A DNA stretch of 64,000 nucleotides, from assembly GCA_002189035.1 (NCBI GenBank), contig CM007989.1, positions 5,704,001 through 5,768,000 on the forward strand, written 5' to 3'. The notes below the pieces were generated by a model. That model had not been told where the DNA came from. It saw nothing but the letters and a program-made list of their open reading frames with translations, and made no database searches. Positions 24,811 through 38,175 of this stretch are shown piece by piece. This stretch comes from Utricularia gibba (taxonomy: Eukaryota; Plantae; Magnoliophyta). The first letter of the stretch is position 1. Every line of letters starts with the position of its first letter. The position numbers were made by a program, and so were the translations under genes.

Positions 24811-26525
24811 CTTTGCATACTTGGTCACTTGATCAATCATGTCCAGCAAGTGGATATTCACATTGACCTTCTTCATCATTCCATAAATGCTTTCAATCCA
24901 AGTTTATCCTTGCTATTTCTTCGAAGCCTCATAGGAAAGTGTGGCAGAATAACTAAAGACTAAGGTTGATGAATTTTTTGCATCTCCCTCTTCTTAACAT
25001 CTTCAGGTGGCTTGGATATAGTGTTGTTATGGACTAAAGAACCATTTGGATTCTCACAATAATATCTTCATCAACTTCATCATCGCTGTCTATGACTTCT
25101 TATTCTTTTTCCCAAACCTGTAGACTTTAGTTATGAACCCTGGATAAGGATTCAGAAGATCCTTCCTACTTCTCAAAGATATTGCATTGATGTGCTCTAG
25201 GTTCTTCACTAGTTGTAGACTCCAAGCTGTGGTTTGGTTGATAAGGAACAATAGAGTGCTCTAGCGCTCTAGTGATTTGCAAAGGTTAAGAGGGAATAAT
25301 GACAGTTTTATGAAGAATATCAAATGAGTTCTCTAGCAATGATGCATGACCAAAAGCACTCGTTGTCTCCGATGAAAACCAGAGTAGTCTCTTCTTGGCA
25401 TCTAGTAGTTTCTGTAGTTGTAGGTTCCTCATTGGTTATGATACAATGCATTCACCTCTTCTATAAATTATAGGTTCTAGGTCAGAATGTTAGGCATTTG
25501 AAGTTCCATGATACCTTTCTTGTTGATGAGGAATGGATTGGAAGCCAAGTTTCTCATGGCAACCAATTGAGCTAAGACTTCAAGTATTGCTTTAACTATC
25601 TAGGCATCTCATTTAGGTGATCAGTATAGTTATCATATCTAATAGAGGTGGAATAAGAATTACCAGCTATTTGCTCGATTAATCTTCGAGCATCATGACA
25701 ATGACAATTCTCAAGTAAGGACTCACTACAAGTGAGATCTATCTGTCATCCAATCATGAGGGTTAGTCTTTCATAGAAATGTTGTAAGATTTGACCTTCA
25801 CTGAGTCCATGTTGTGGAAAAATGTTGCAGATTCAATTCAATTGATCATAATATTATATGCTCCCATGGTGCCTAGAGCCCTTCTTCAGGTGGACGCTCT
25901 CACTTAAGGTGCATATTGATCAAGAATTTTTTGAACTATCTGCTCCTAGATAGCAATAGAAGATAGAGGTAATTCATACAGCCACTCCAACGCTCTCAGA
26001 GTGAGATCAAAAAGGAAGACTCGTAAATTGACTTGGTTCCCCATTCCTCCTTGGGCGCATGGATGCACAAAATGTGTGCGACTCTCGAAAATGGTAATTA
26101 GGTTCATCATCCTCTCTACCAACAAACTTACGGCATCTGGAACAAATATGGGCATAGCTCAAACTCCTCTCTATCGAAAGTGATGCATAGTGATGAGCCA
26201 ACATTGTTTGTAATGATTTTTTCTTTAATAATCCTTAATGTTGGGCCATGATTGGTGATTGGGAGAACTGGAAAATTATGAGGACTCCAACAAGTAGGAG
26301 CGACCATTTTTTCTCTATCATTAGATGAATTGGAATGTGCACTCAATCTTTAGATCCAATGGATACAAGGCTTCTTGCTATGATCTCAAGCTTGGCAGTC
26401 TTTGATAAAGCTGAATGCATAACAAGGGAAAAACATAGCAGCCAAAAAAAAAAAAACAAAAGAAAAAGAAGAAGAAAGAAGGAAAAAAAAAACTATATAC
26501 AACACTAAACACTAAAATACATAAC

Positions 26526-26544
26526 TCCCTGACAACGGCACCCA
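26526..26544 (-). promoter_or_regulatory. Degenerate tRNA-Asp primer binding site
   Basis: Minus strand reads TGGGTGCCGTTGTCAGGGA, a decayed form of TGGCGCCGTTGCCGGGGA. Confidence 0.6.
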
Positions 26545-27605
26545 AAAATTCCTCAATGAACTTTAATTAGTAAAAACACAAGTAAGCATAGTATAAGTGT
26601 CAATTTCAAGGAATTGAGTTTTGTGAATAGTGTTTTGTACTAACTTATTACAAATTGTTACAGGTTTATAAAAAAGGTTTCAAGTACTGAAACACAAAAT
26701 GAAATGTAAATAATGAACCTTGATTAAGGGAAGTATTCAAGACTTTGATTAAGGGAAAAAGTTCTTGGAAAAGAGAATTCTTTTTTTTCTTTATCTCTCA
26801 CCGCATCATCTTTCACTAGTCTCTTCCAAATAATCAGTTATAGGAACAAAGAATAGTCTACTTTCACTTAAATTATTTTACAAGGAAGCATGAGAATAGT
26901 TTCATATTGTCACCTTTAGATGATTGATAGAACTAGAGGATTATTGTCGATTGTCCTCAAAACTGGATTGCTGCTGATGAACAATGGCTCAAGTATTAAC
27001 AAAGTATCTTGATCACAAACAATTAATTATCTCCCTCGAACCAATAAGGTTGGAGATGATGAACCTTGCTCTACATCAAAATCTATGACTAAGAGGGGTT
27101 ACAAAAATTATTATAACATTATACGTGGAAATATGTAAATTCTGGAAGAAAATCAATGAATAACCAAAAGTTGTGCTAAAGATATTGAATGAAACTCCAT
27201 CAATTCCAAAAAACTACAAACATTTAGCCATGAATGGTCATGACAAAAAGAAATGAAAAAAGAAAATTAAAAGTCTTCTTACTCCCTATGGTGGAGAGGA
27301 AGAACAAAAAATCTACCAAGATAACATGTGAAAGTGAAAGAAAAGTAGGATCTAATGAGTTTGAGGTTTGATTTAATTCGCATTCTAGAGTACGTCTACT
27401 TCTACTACTCCTCTTCTTCATTCCTTTTATCTTTCATGTGGATTTAGCTTCTGCATTTTTCCAATCATCATAGAAAACTCTAACATGTCAAAATATATGG
27501 GCCATGGACAGTGCCACTGCTTCACCCAGCATGGATCCAGGGTGCGTACAAGTTACGAAATGACAGTTTTTGTCTCCTTGAAATCTCCTACTATACTCTA
27601 ATATT

Positions 27606-30600
27606 GAGGTTGTTTTACATTACTTATAATAAATTAGCTACAAATTAACTTAAAGTAAAAAAATAAGTAGAAGTTGTTTGTTTTAACTAATTTATAAAAG
27701 TCATAAGTAAAAGTTAATAGTGTTTAATATAACTTTCAAAATTTGTAAATAAAAGTCTAAAATACCCTTATATTCATTTAAATGCTTTTAATAATATAAC
27801 TTATATTTAGTATTCCCATATAATTATAATAATATCAACACAAATCTCATTCAATCATATTAACATGCATAATAAACGATAGATTGAATTGCATAAAATC
27901 TGAAAACAATAAGAGATAAACTAAAGTTGATATTAGGAGACATTTTTAATTCATTCTACTAATTGATATACATATTGCATCACGTAAGTCATTCATATAT
28001 CCATCTTAAATTGAACATGCAAAAGCTTCTCCTATTGGTAGAGATGTTTGAGGATTATATGGTGAAGTCTAATTATCAGCTTCAAAACATAAAAAATCTG
28101 GATCATTTGCATCAACTCTCTTGATAAAATTGCAAATTGCCATAGTTACTGATACAATAAGCACTTGATCTTTCCATGCAAATCTCCAAGGAAGTCTGTT
28201 AACCATGTCAAATTTTGTCGTTCATACTCCAAAACATCGCTCAATTACAAAACATAGTGAAAAGCGTCGATAATTGTACGTCTCTGTAGGATTTCTAACA
28301 TGTGGATTAGAACAAAACTATTCCAACTGGTACCTTTAGCCTCTATATGATGTCAAAAAAAAATGTAGTATTCATATATCCAGAATCAGTAAGGTAATAC
28401 TTACCCGGTGGTGGCAATGACAAAATTATTTTCGGGTAAGTGCTAACCCATGATAATATTGAACTATCCTGCAATTGTCCTTCATATCCTGAAGCTACAA
28501 TGATGAACAGCATATTGAAGTTGCATACTGTCAAAATATTCACTATGGCTTCATCGTATCGAAAAAAAAAAGACATCTATCTTCTTTTCTAATTCTCGTA
28601 AGAATATAAGTACCATTAATGGCACCAACCACATCTTGAAAATAAAGTCAAAATCGAGAATCATTTCTTATTTTTGCAGGGGGAGTCAACATATCACTCA
28701 TTGGGATAATAAATTCAGAAGCCATATTTGCACAAGCATCAAGAACCTGCACGAAAACTTTGGCTTACAGTATATCCAGAATGTTGGAACCATTCTTGAA
28801 GCAAATAGTTACTATATTTCAAACCCATTGCCAAGAGAAACATCATCATTTGTTCCTCAACAGAGACTGTGCGCATAACTATTAAACCATTGCGTTCATA
28901 TAGAACACTACATAACCTATGAAATGTTTCTCGTTCCATTTGAAGTAGTTGATATGAGCAAATCCAGTGACCTTCCAGTATACCCTTCAACCATGCTGCT
29001 CCATATAACTCTCTATCTTGACAAGGCATTCTTACAAAAGCGCATTAGTAAAATTCAAGAATGGATTGCACTAGTTTCACTATAATAGAGACTATTTCAG
29101 TATTTGGAGTCTCACCTTCATCTCCAGAATTATCAGTACGTGAGGAAGAGTTATTGGAAGAAGGCATGGATGCATTGTGTTTGAGAATGAATCACATGCA
29201 ATAGTTGCAGAAACTCACATGCAATTGTCATTAAAAAGAAAATACAACTAATAAAGCATATAGAATTGATGCAGAAAAGCACTTGGAATTGATGCAAAAA
29301 AGCATAGGGAATTGATGTAGAAAAGTAAATGGAATTGTTACATAAAATCAAATTCAGTCAGATATCCACATGAAATGGTTCAACTTTAAAGAAATCGATG
29401 TTCTTACTACATTTCAAATTCACCTGCTAATATTAAAAGAAAACTATTTTAGATTAGCACTCTTATATGCTCTAATAAATGCCAATCTCTCTTCATTACT
29501 TGTCATACTCATAAAATCTTCATGATAAACAGCTTTACCAAACGTCAATGTAACAATTCCAAACACACTTGGAACCTCTCATGCCACACTCCGATCGATG
29601 TACAATAAGGTGCTCATGGAGGGACCTTGCCGTTTCCAATATTCCATGCTGAATCAGCTGTTGCAGTCACAAGTATAAAGATAACACTTTGCAAGTCAAA
29701 ATAAATAGGTGGAGTGGTTTTCAATTCTTTGCATCCTGGCATCTCCTAGAAAATACAAAATAATTGAGTCATAATGCGTTTATCATTTATACATAAGTGC
29801 AAATACAACAAAAAATCACCTTTATTATTCTTGACCACCATTCATCTGTTCCGGTTATGATTCTCAAGTTATCATCCCAACCACTTCTAGTTGTTTTTTG
29901 AAACCTAATCCATATAGACCAATCTTTTTTCATTGTATTGAATTTATTGTTCAATTGTTTCATCACATAATGACAACACGTCCTTTCATTAAATTCTTTC
30001 AAAATCCCATGCCACCCTTGAGAATTGAAACATGTTCCAAGCATGATGTTTGCATAAACTTGATATGCACAAGCTTCCAAAAATATATGAGTAGCATTTT
30101 TGTCCCAAGCAGCATTGGAGATAGGCAAAGATGGTCCTTGTTTATCCATGTATTCTACATTTTCAAAAATGATTAATATATCATTTAACTATAAACATCT
30201 AATACTATTTCAAATAAACTTTTAATAACAAAAGATAAAATAACAAAATTGTGCATATAAAAATTAAATTTCTTGCATCTAGTATATACCAAAATAAAAA
30301 CAGATCTAGGAAATCTTTCTTACCCTACAAATGGTTGCATTCCATACACAATAATCACAAAAATATAGAAGATTTCAATGAATGCATATAATAGAACAAG
30401 CCAATAGTATCATTAAATCACATATAGACAAGGAAAGCATAAAGATCACAACTTTTTAGGCAGCTAATTACCCAAAAGATTAAATTGTAGCAGCAAAAGC
30501 AACGTCACATAGCACCAAGAAAAATATAAAGATTTGTAAAAAAAAAAAAAAAAAATCCACCCTTGGATCAATTGCTCCCAACATTAAAAAAAATATCGGA

Positions 30601-31215
30601 AATAGAAAAGAACAGGCTCAAGATTCTGAATTTAGAAGAAGATAAACCTAATGAAACACAAGTATAGGCTTTGACCTAGAACAACAACAAAAAAACCCCC
30701 TCTTGTGATGTAAAGGTAAAAACAAAGGAATTAGATATTGTGCTTTAATACAAAACTCTCATAAATAACATTTAACAATGACAATAAATCAATTTGATAT
30801 TATGTTCTAATACAAAACTTAAACCCTAAAATCATTCTCAAATCACAAATGATACTAAATTTCGTATATAATTAAAAACATATTTCAAGCAAGTTTTACA
30901 TTTGAATAAACACCCGTTTTATATAGTTAAATATCACCTTCATAACCTTTCAAAAAAATCTAAACCATAAACTCATCACAAACCTCCACCAAAAAGTCGC
31001 AGAACAAATGTCCCGATGAAGGAAAATTTCTATCATTGTATATTTCAATGTGAGTGCATAGAAGTAATTTTACAGGATTTTTTTTATTTAAGTTACAATT
31101 AAGTAACTATATATCTACTTTTAAAATACTACTTATAAGTTACAAAAACACTCATTTAATAAGTTTACTATTTACAATTTGATTAAGTTATTTATAAGTT
31201 ATACAAAACACCCCC
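27606..31215 (-). mobile_element. Near full-length decayed PIF/Harbinger element with Myb/SANT-like ORF and DDE transposase
   Basis: Myb/SANT-like ORF 29787-30149 (AAWDKNATHIFLEAC...GWHGILKEFNE...KQLNNKFNTMKKDW...SGWD..WW); transposase 29030-28200 (LLQMERETFHRLC...VSVEEQMMMFL...FQHSGYTVS; VVGAINGTYI; PPPGKYYLTDSGY). Imperfect TIRs GAGGTTGTTTTA and GGGGGTGTTTTG, each flanked by ATT. Confidence 0.85.
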
Positions 31216-31429
31216 ATTGTTTTCTACAATTTTTGAGTGAAAGTACACGAAAAAACAGAAAAAATATATATATACGAATATAATAATAATATTTTTCTAA
31301 AAAAATATAATAGTTATTAATATAACTCCTAATTGGATAATATAATCATAATTTAACACTTAATTATATGCAATAAATTTATAGAAAATGACAATATAAT
31401 AAAATTTATATATGACAACAACTTTGTAC

Positions 31430-33400
31430 ATTATGGAACTCCCAAGCTACTAATCCATGATCAAGAAATTCATTTTTACAACCATAGCTTAAGGAGTGTC
31501 TTGAAGCAATTCAATAATCGGTACAACCCTTCAACAGCATATCATCCGCAAACCAATAGTAAAATTGATTTTTTGAATGGGGAAGTCAAAAAAATTGTTG
31601 AAAAAGTTGTGATTCCAAGAGGAAAGAACTAGAGCCTAAGATCAAGAAATGCAACTTTGGCTATGGAGATAGCATACAAGACCCTAATTGAAAAATCATT
31701 ATTTCAATTAGTCTCTAGGAAACATTGTAAACTATCCACAGCACTTGAGCATAAGGCTTGGTGGGCAGTAAAGAGGTTAAATCTAGATAGTAAACTTAGT
31801 GCAAGCCATTTTTAAACTAGAGGAATTGTTGAACAATGCATATAAAAGTTCAAAGTTATACATAGCTAAGACTATTATTTGGAATGTTTACACATTACTT
31901 GAAGGAACTTCACTATTGACTCTTTATAATATGAATCCTTCTTATGTAGAGTTAGTTCATGAGTTTGTATCCACTTTTATGTATAAAATACTTAATTTTT
32001 TGCTTATACCCAAGATTATTAAATTTAGATTATTGGGAAGTGATTTTGCGTTTAAATTGGTTGTTTTAAATCCTTGAAGGCACTTCTCGAGATAAAACTT
32101 ATCATGCACCTATGAGTGATGAAGTACTTTTCATACAAGCACTCTATAGGTTATGTATTCAAAGTCAACATATGGTTATCCTTGCTTCTACTCATGAAAC
32201 TCCTAAACTATTCTATTTTTCTTAATGTTGTTATAGCATAATGTGAATCCAGTGGCTCCAAGAGATGGATGTGGTATTGAAATTGTCCTCCAAGATGCTT
32301 TGATTCATTTTCTTAACATCCATAAAATTTGTGTGTTTTCTAGCTAAATTGCATGTTTTAGTGTTAGTTCTTAACGCTTTAGTAATGTTACTAACAGTTG
32401 TATTTTTATGCACGAAAGGGGATTAAATCATTGATTTAGTCTACCTTAGTTTTTTATATTTTCTAAGTATTAAGAGTAAATATTCACAAATTCTCTCGTC
32501 AATTTCTAAAAATAACCATTGCATGCAACATAAATCGGAAGGAAATGGAACAGAATTGAACAAGGAAAAAGTGTGTTGAGGGGGTGGGGACGAGCTAATT
32601 TCTTTGTGCACAAAAGTCACACAAGAAGTTGAAAAGCTTACCCTTAGTTATTTTGGCACAACCCCCCAACAACGTTCTTTTGGAAAAACTGAAACGATTT
32701 TAGAGGAGATACAAAGAGAAGAATGTAGGAGGAACAATCCAGAAGGAAGAAACTAAAAAAAGCATTTTCATTCAAACCAAAGAATAAGGAAATCGCTTTC
32801 ACATAGATGCTACTCCTAGTTAAGAAAAATATTGTTGGAACATGACTTACCCGTTCACATTTCTCTGCATTTTAACTCATGGTTTATGCTTGTTATGCTG
32901 CTTTGAAATAGTAGCTACTAACTTGTTTCTATTTTCACTCAATGAAGCTACAATTTTTTTATTTTAAAATCAGTGGCTAAGTTTAGAGTGACCAGGGAAA
33001 GGGGATGTGTGTTAGTTTTTCTAAGGATCAAAAGATTGAGGATGGTTCTATAGCCTTACTTCATCAATTGCATGATAGATTCAAGAGGAGGAAAAAAAAA
33101 ATTATCTAACCTGAGATACTTTATTTAGAAGTAAATCAAAGAATCAAGATGCAGGTTCATAGGTAGACTTTCTTGGATAGAGACCGATATGATTAGATAG
33201 AGCTAATCTTATTTTCATTAAGTGATAGACCTATGTATAATGTGATATATGAAAATTAAGATGATTAAACATTGAAGAATCTTAGAGAAGACCCGAGTAG
33301 TCTTAGGGGGTATTAGGTTTGAATGTTGATGATGGAGATGGTTTTCAGCATGCAACGCTAATCAAGTTGGTCATTATGACTGAATTGTGTGAGAACCACA
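31430..33400 (+). mobile_element. Athila-type integrase remnant with downstream region and probable 3' LTR
   Basis: YGTPKLLIHDQEIHFYN...STAYHPQTNSKI...GEVKKIVEKVV...AYKTLIEKSLFQLV...LEHKAWWAVKRLNLD...LEELLNNAYKSSK (31430-31880). LTR-like sequence about 32390-33400 is approximate. Confidence 0.8.
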
Positions 33401-34859
33401 CGCAAGAAATAAATGAGCAAAGTTGAACAATAGAATGCATTGAATCAAAGACAATGAAGGCACACAAACAAATGTAGAAATTCTACAGAACGACAACGGA
33501 AACTGTAGCAAGCTCGGTTGAATATTGGGACTCAACAACCTAAACAAACTAAACGGGATAGAAGGCCATGTGCGAAAGCCATGTGATCCACACTCCTTAA
33601 CATTAGTGGAATTGGTAACAAAGTTGATACGATATGGGTTATCCTTGCTTTCAATCTACATTGATGGATGTTGCCTTTAGTTTCCAAGATAGAAATCACT
33701 TTAAAACTTTAGGATCAAAAGCTGAGCAAACACTACTTTTGAAATCCATGAGACATCTATGTTTAAAGTTTGGTAAAGTTAAAGTTTAGTATTTACCGTA
33801 TTCTTCCATGTAATTCTCTATATTTCTTGTTATGTTACCACTGGCCTCTACTAGGAACAAAAATTGAATTTGATATCCAAAAATGCATGAACTTTATCAG
33901 CTTTTGTGTTGGACCTGAAGCCACTGTATACTCTCTTCTGATTTATAACTTGTATGGATTAAAATTACAAACTTTGATACCGAAAAAAATTCATTCTTAT
34001 AACAATCTTATCAAAATTTTTGATTATAGATCCGTTAGGCTTAATTAGCCTGTAAATTGCTAAGTATGCGATTGAAGAACTTCAAAGGCCGCTTGTTTTA
34101 ATTTTCGTATTGAGGAGCATCCCTTGATTTTGACGTGTTCTCATTCATCACTTGCTGTCCCATTTACCCTTATAACCCAATGAATCAAACCAGTCACAAC
34201 TTAGCCACTAGCCGACTGCTTGAGTGAAAAAATCGAACAACACAAATTTCAAAGCATAACAATGTTAATACCACTCAAACGAGAAATACATAGCTTTCCG
34301 AGGTTTTCACAAGGCGGGGCAATGTCGAGTCTCCATCTGGCCCTATGCTCATGCTCCAGAGATTAACGGGGGCCCTGACTTTAGTTGGAGGCCACCTACA
34401 GATTGTGAACGGTGGTTTCTGGATGTGTTGGCCTTTGCGTGTCCATGTGGTGGTTTTTCCTTTTTACATAAAGCACGTGACTATTATGTGATAAATCTTT
34501 GGACATTACTCGAAATAATACTATGTAACTCTTTCTATAATTTTTATTTTGACGTTAGCATTTACAAGTTAAATGGCAACCACCACGGCAATGATTCTTA
34601 GACGCGTAAGACACAGATATATACTTACCTAATTGTGATAAGTCATTCCAAAAATCTATCTTATGTATTTTGAGTTGCTGCTAGCTAACAGATTCGTCGT
34701 TGGTCCTAAGAGAAGAAAAGGTACTCCCAATCAGCTTCGTCCCGCTATTCATTTCTTCTATCTATGTTCCTTTACAGGTCGAAACAGGTTTCAGTTATGT
34801 GTAATAGTCTAGCTAATTAAGCAGATCGTTTGAGATATCTGTGTGTATGGACGCTGATC

Positions 34860-36516
34860 TTATGGGCACTGCAGGAAGACATCATCCATTATGTTGTTGC
34901 TTTGGCATCCTTCTCCACTGTGGCCGGCTTGAGTAGCACTTGTTTGAGAGATGACCTCAAATATGTTGGGGGAAGAACGCTCCCTGCAAAATGAACAACC
35001 AAAAACCAGTGACTGGTTGATGCTGCAGCAGAAAACAAGCAAGGACCAGATCATGTACCTCAAAGTTGCAGACGCGGCATCAGATCCAAAATTCACATGA
35101 TCTATGGCGCTTAGCTCGATTCCATGATCATCATGGTTATCGAGGGAAGCGTCCACCCCAAACACTTGAGCATCTGTTATGTACTGGACCACTGTGTTTA
35201 TTTGCTGCCATATGAGGAAAAAAGATCATTCTTTTTAAGCAACGCTGCTAGATTCTCTGTCCATAAGCCCTGTTGAGAGCTTTTTGAAATGGACGAAACA
35301 TAAAAATACGCAAGGCTAAGCAAAGATCGAATATGTCTAAGCGAAAATATCCCTATTGGGAGCAGCTATACCTGTATGGTATCTTGATAACTTGATGGCT
35401 GCTCAACCGCACTCAAGAGAATTTCCTGTAACAATGTTGGTATTAAGATTGGACAATGTGCTGTTGTACCAGGATTAGATCCACAAAGAAAACGAAGACA
35501 CGAGAATATGGTCTGATTATCAATCAACCTTTCTTTGTGCCACGCGACGTAGTGCTTCTGTGAGACGGATTTCGCATGACTGAAATTCTTCCAACGATGT
35601 GAACTTCTCAGATTCAGGTTCGAATACCCTTATGAAAAAATATACAAGCTTTTAACACCAAACACACAGACTGACTCTAATATAAAATGAATGCCATCTC
35701 CCTTTGTTGGAGTTAACCTGACTTGCTTGTCATCTCTCTCAAGCTGATGCTGCAGTTCAATGATCTGTTTCTGGATTTCCTGGAAAAAATATATGCTGCT
35801 AAAGTGAAACGCTTAAAAACAAATGGAACGAAGATTAACTGGTGCTACTTCAACCTCAATATCAGAGCCAGGGGTCGCGGGGCTGCTCCATAGCAATTGC
35901 ACATCGGCCTATTGTGTGAGGAAACTAGAAATACAGGAAAATAGAGAAATTGGAATGTAATGAAAAAAACCTCTGCAATGCAAGATCTTTCTCTGTTTTG
36001 ATTTTCATTATAGTGCTAATGATTTGCTGCAGAAACCATTTGGAAGTCAGCCACGAACATTACATGCTTTTACTGGAGATATAAGTTTAAAATCATCACC
36101 TCCTTGTTGGCAATGATCCTGCATTTATCCATATAACACACACACTGTTGCACGAATACACGAACTGGAATTAATGCAAAATCAGTACAAGAGGCCAATT
36201 ACCCTCCTCTATCGCGATCAGAGAGACTAATGTAGCGAAATATCACATCCTCAACCCTAGAGTCGAAATCCACCAGAAACAGATTCAGCATTCAACACAT
36301 TTATCTCCAAAGGAGTGTATTTTTTCGGCACCTTTTCCTGCCGGAGAAGTGGCTGAGACGGCCGGAGGGAGACAACATGATCAAAGCCAAATCGATATCA
36401 CATAGGACGGCGATTTCGTAGGCTTTTTTTATGAGGCCATATCTTCGTTTGGAGAAGGTAACCTGCCTATTGGTGGTGTTCTCAATTTTCTTAATAGGAA
36501 GCTTACTTCGTCCCAT
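34860..36516 (-). CDS. MIKC*-type MADS-box transcription factor, S-clade (AGL66/AGL104/OsMADS62-63-like), about 275 aa, 10 exons
   Basis: Exons (minus): 36516-36332, 36256-36203, 36118-36100, 36026-35971, 35882-35855, 35779-35718, 35628-35529, 35425-35372, 35204-35059, 34983-34860; all GT-AG; 828 nt. [34 protein letters not shown]...[30 protein letters not shown] and VFEPE...SCE..L..AL.RV.QRK are S-clade features. Last two exons less certain. Confidence 0.9.
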
Positions 36517-37640
36517 ATGCTCTTCTTCGTGTCCCTGTGCAGATGGATATTTCTGGTGAGTCTTGAAATAGGCAAAGAGGAAGAAAGCTGCGAAAAAGGC
36601 GGATTGGTGTTCATATGTGGAATCTGAGGCAACGATCAGCGCGCTCTGGGGCTATGTGCCGTTAGAATCGGTTGATTCCACTACTTTTTCTTTGTTTTTT
36701 TTTATTTTATTTTATAACTTTTCATTCTTGAACTGGGTTTGGGCGTAAAAAAGAATTTTGTATATATGGGCCAAGAATTATATTGTTGTTAATAATTATA
36801 AAATTATTACTAATCTAATTCAATATACTAAATTCATAAAATTTAGTATATTGTTACTCCAAAATGAGTGAATTTTAAATGAAATTAAGATAAACGGCAT
36901 TCAATGACATGTAAAATATGAAACTTAAGTGTTATGTAATCATAGACAATAATTTCACTATATAAAATATACGGATAGAAACATGAACACTATATACATA
37001 ATATGTTCAATAGTATATTACTATGTGGATGTTAGAGATTATTATAGTAACCTAGAAGATTAGTATGGGGCGATGTGATATTCAATGGACTATAGGAGGA
37101 TCCCAAGTGTGAAGTATTCGAAAAGGGCTAAGCCATGAGGAGGTTGCACTAAGGAAGTTTGTTGAGAGTATGTAGGCATGGTGCGTGGGGGTGAGGAAGT
37201 TGGAAGGGTTTAGGAGCAAAGAACTTCAATGACTATAATGAAACACATATGAGAAAGTTGGAAGGATTTACCCTTGCACAAACAACGTGCATCATTAAAA
37301 GGTCAGAATGGTAATAACACTATTTATCGATGGTATATGAACATAAGATATGAAAAATGGGTCAATGGTTGATGTTGCATCAGATTTCATCATATTTATA
37401 TTAGTTTATGTGTGAGATTATTAGAATTATACGAATTAGAATAGTAAAAATGTCAAAATGTGTATTAATCAAAATATTTTCATAAAAATATAATTTGGGT
37501 CATTTTTATCTTGGGTAAAGTGCTAGGTGATTTTACTGTTTATCCAAACTCATATAGGTCCAATCCATTTAGGTTGGACTGCATAATCCAATCAATTTGT
37601 GAAGTTAATATTAGTCTAGAGGCAAAATTAGAATTATATA

Positions 37641-38175
37641 TAGTGGGATATAAATCGGATGAGGATAATCGGTCTATGGAAAGCTGCCAAAAGATGTTCT
37701 GATACCCTAACGCAGGCCGGCAGGCCGATAGGGTATGTCAGAGTATGTCAAAAGCGGCCGTTTCAGACAGATTGAAAAGTAGCCAAATTACAGCAGAGCA
37801 GGCGGCCGACATCTGAAAAGTGAGATCATAATGTAGGCGCAGAGTGTAACCGATATCTGCGAGATGCAGGATTAGGTTAGATTGACCTATTATATAAGTA
37901 GAGGAAATCATGAAGGAGAATGGGTTCGACTCTCAGCCCTTCAACTTGTATTTTTCTACACCATCTCCATCGAGTGAAGATTTTTCCGGCGAGCCCCGAT
38001 AGCTTCTTGGTTTTTCCGTCCCCTGGCAGTTTTCACGTAAAAAGTCTCCCTCCACTTCTATTTTCATAACACGCACAAAACCAAGCACAAAACTCACACC
38101 CAGGTTCGACGCCTCTAACAAACTCTATAACTCGAAAATCGGTATCGACCCCAGTGCCGATTTTCGACCTTAACA
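37641..38175 (+). mobile_element. Solo LTR, Tat/Retand family C (about 535 bp)
   Basis: Colinear homology with the LTR at 60112-60642 (minus) and the fragment at 59687-60035: GGCGGCCGA.ATCTGAAAAG.GAGATC, TATA-like TATAAGTAG, TTTTCCGGCGAGC, terminal AAATCGGTAT..GCCGATTTT. Ends TAACA. Confidence 0.75.

Larger units (their letters stand above)
22860..27470 (-). mobile_element. Degenerate Athila-type Ty3/gypsy element (5' LTR, PBS, gag, protease region), split by a solo LTR
   Basis: LTR about 26550-27470 (right edge reads TGATGATT on minus); PBS at 26526-26544; gag FVGREDDEPNYH...LRVFLFDLTLRALEWLYELP; IHLLDMIDQVTKYAK|MLKDLCEPKRK joins across the solo LTR; downstream LHFNLDKAMQYP. Confidence 0.85.

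Noticed and set aside
37000-37400. Possible MULE C-terminal zinc-knuckle remnant
   Set aside because: Resemblance too weak to support a call.
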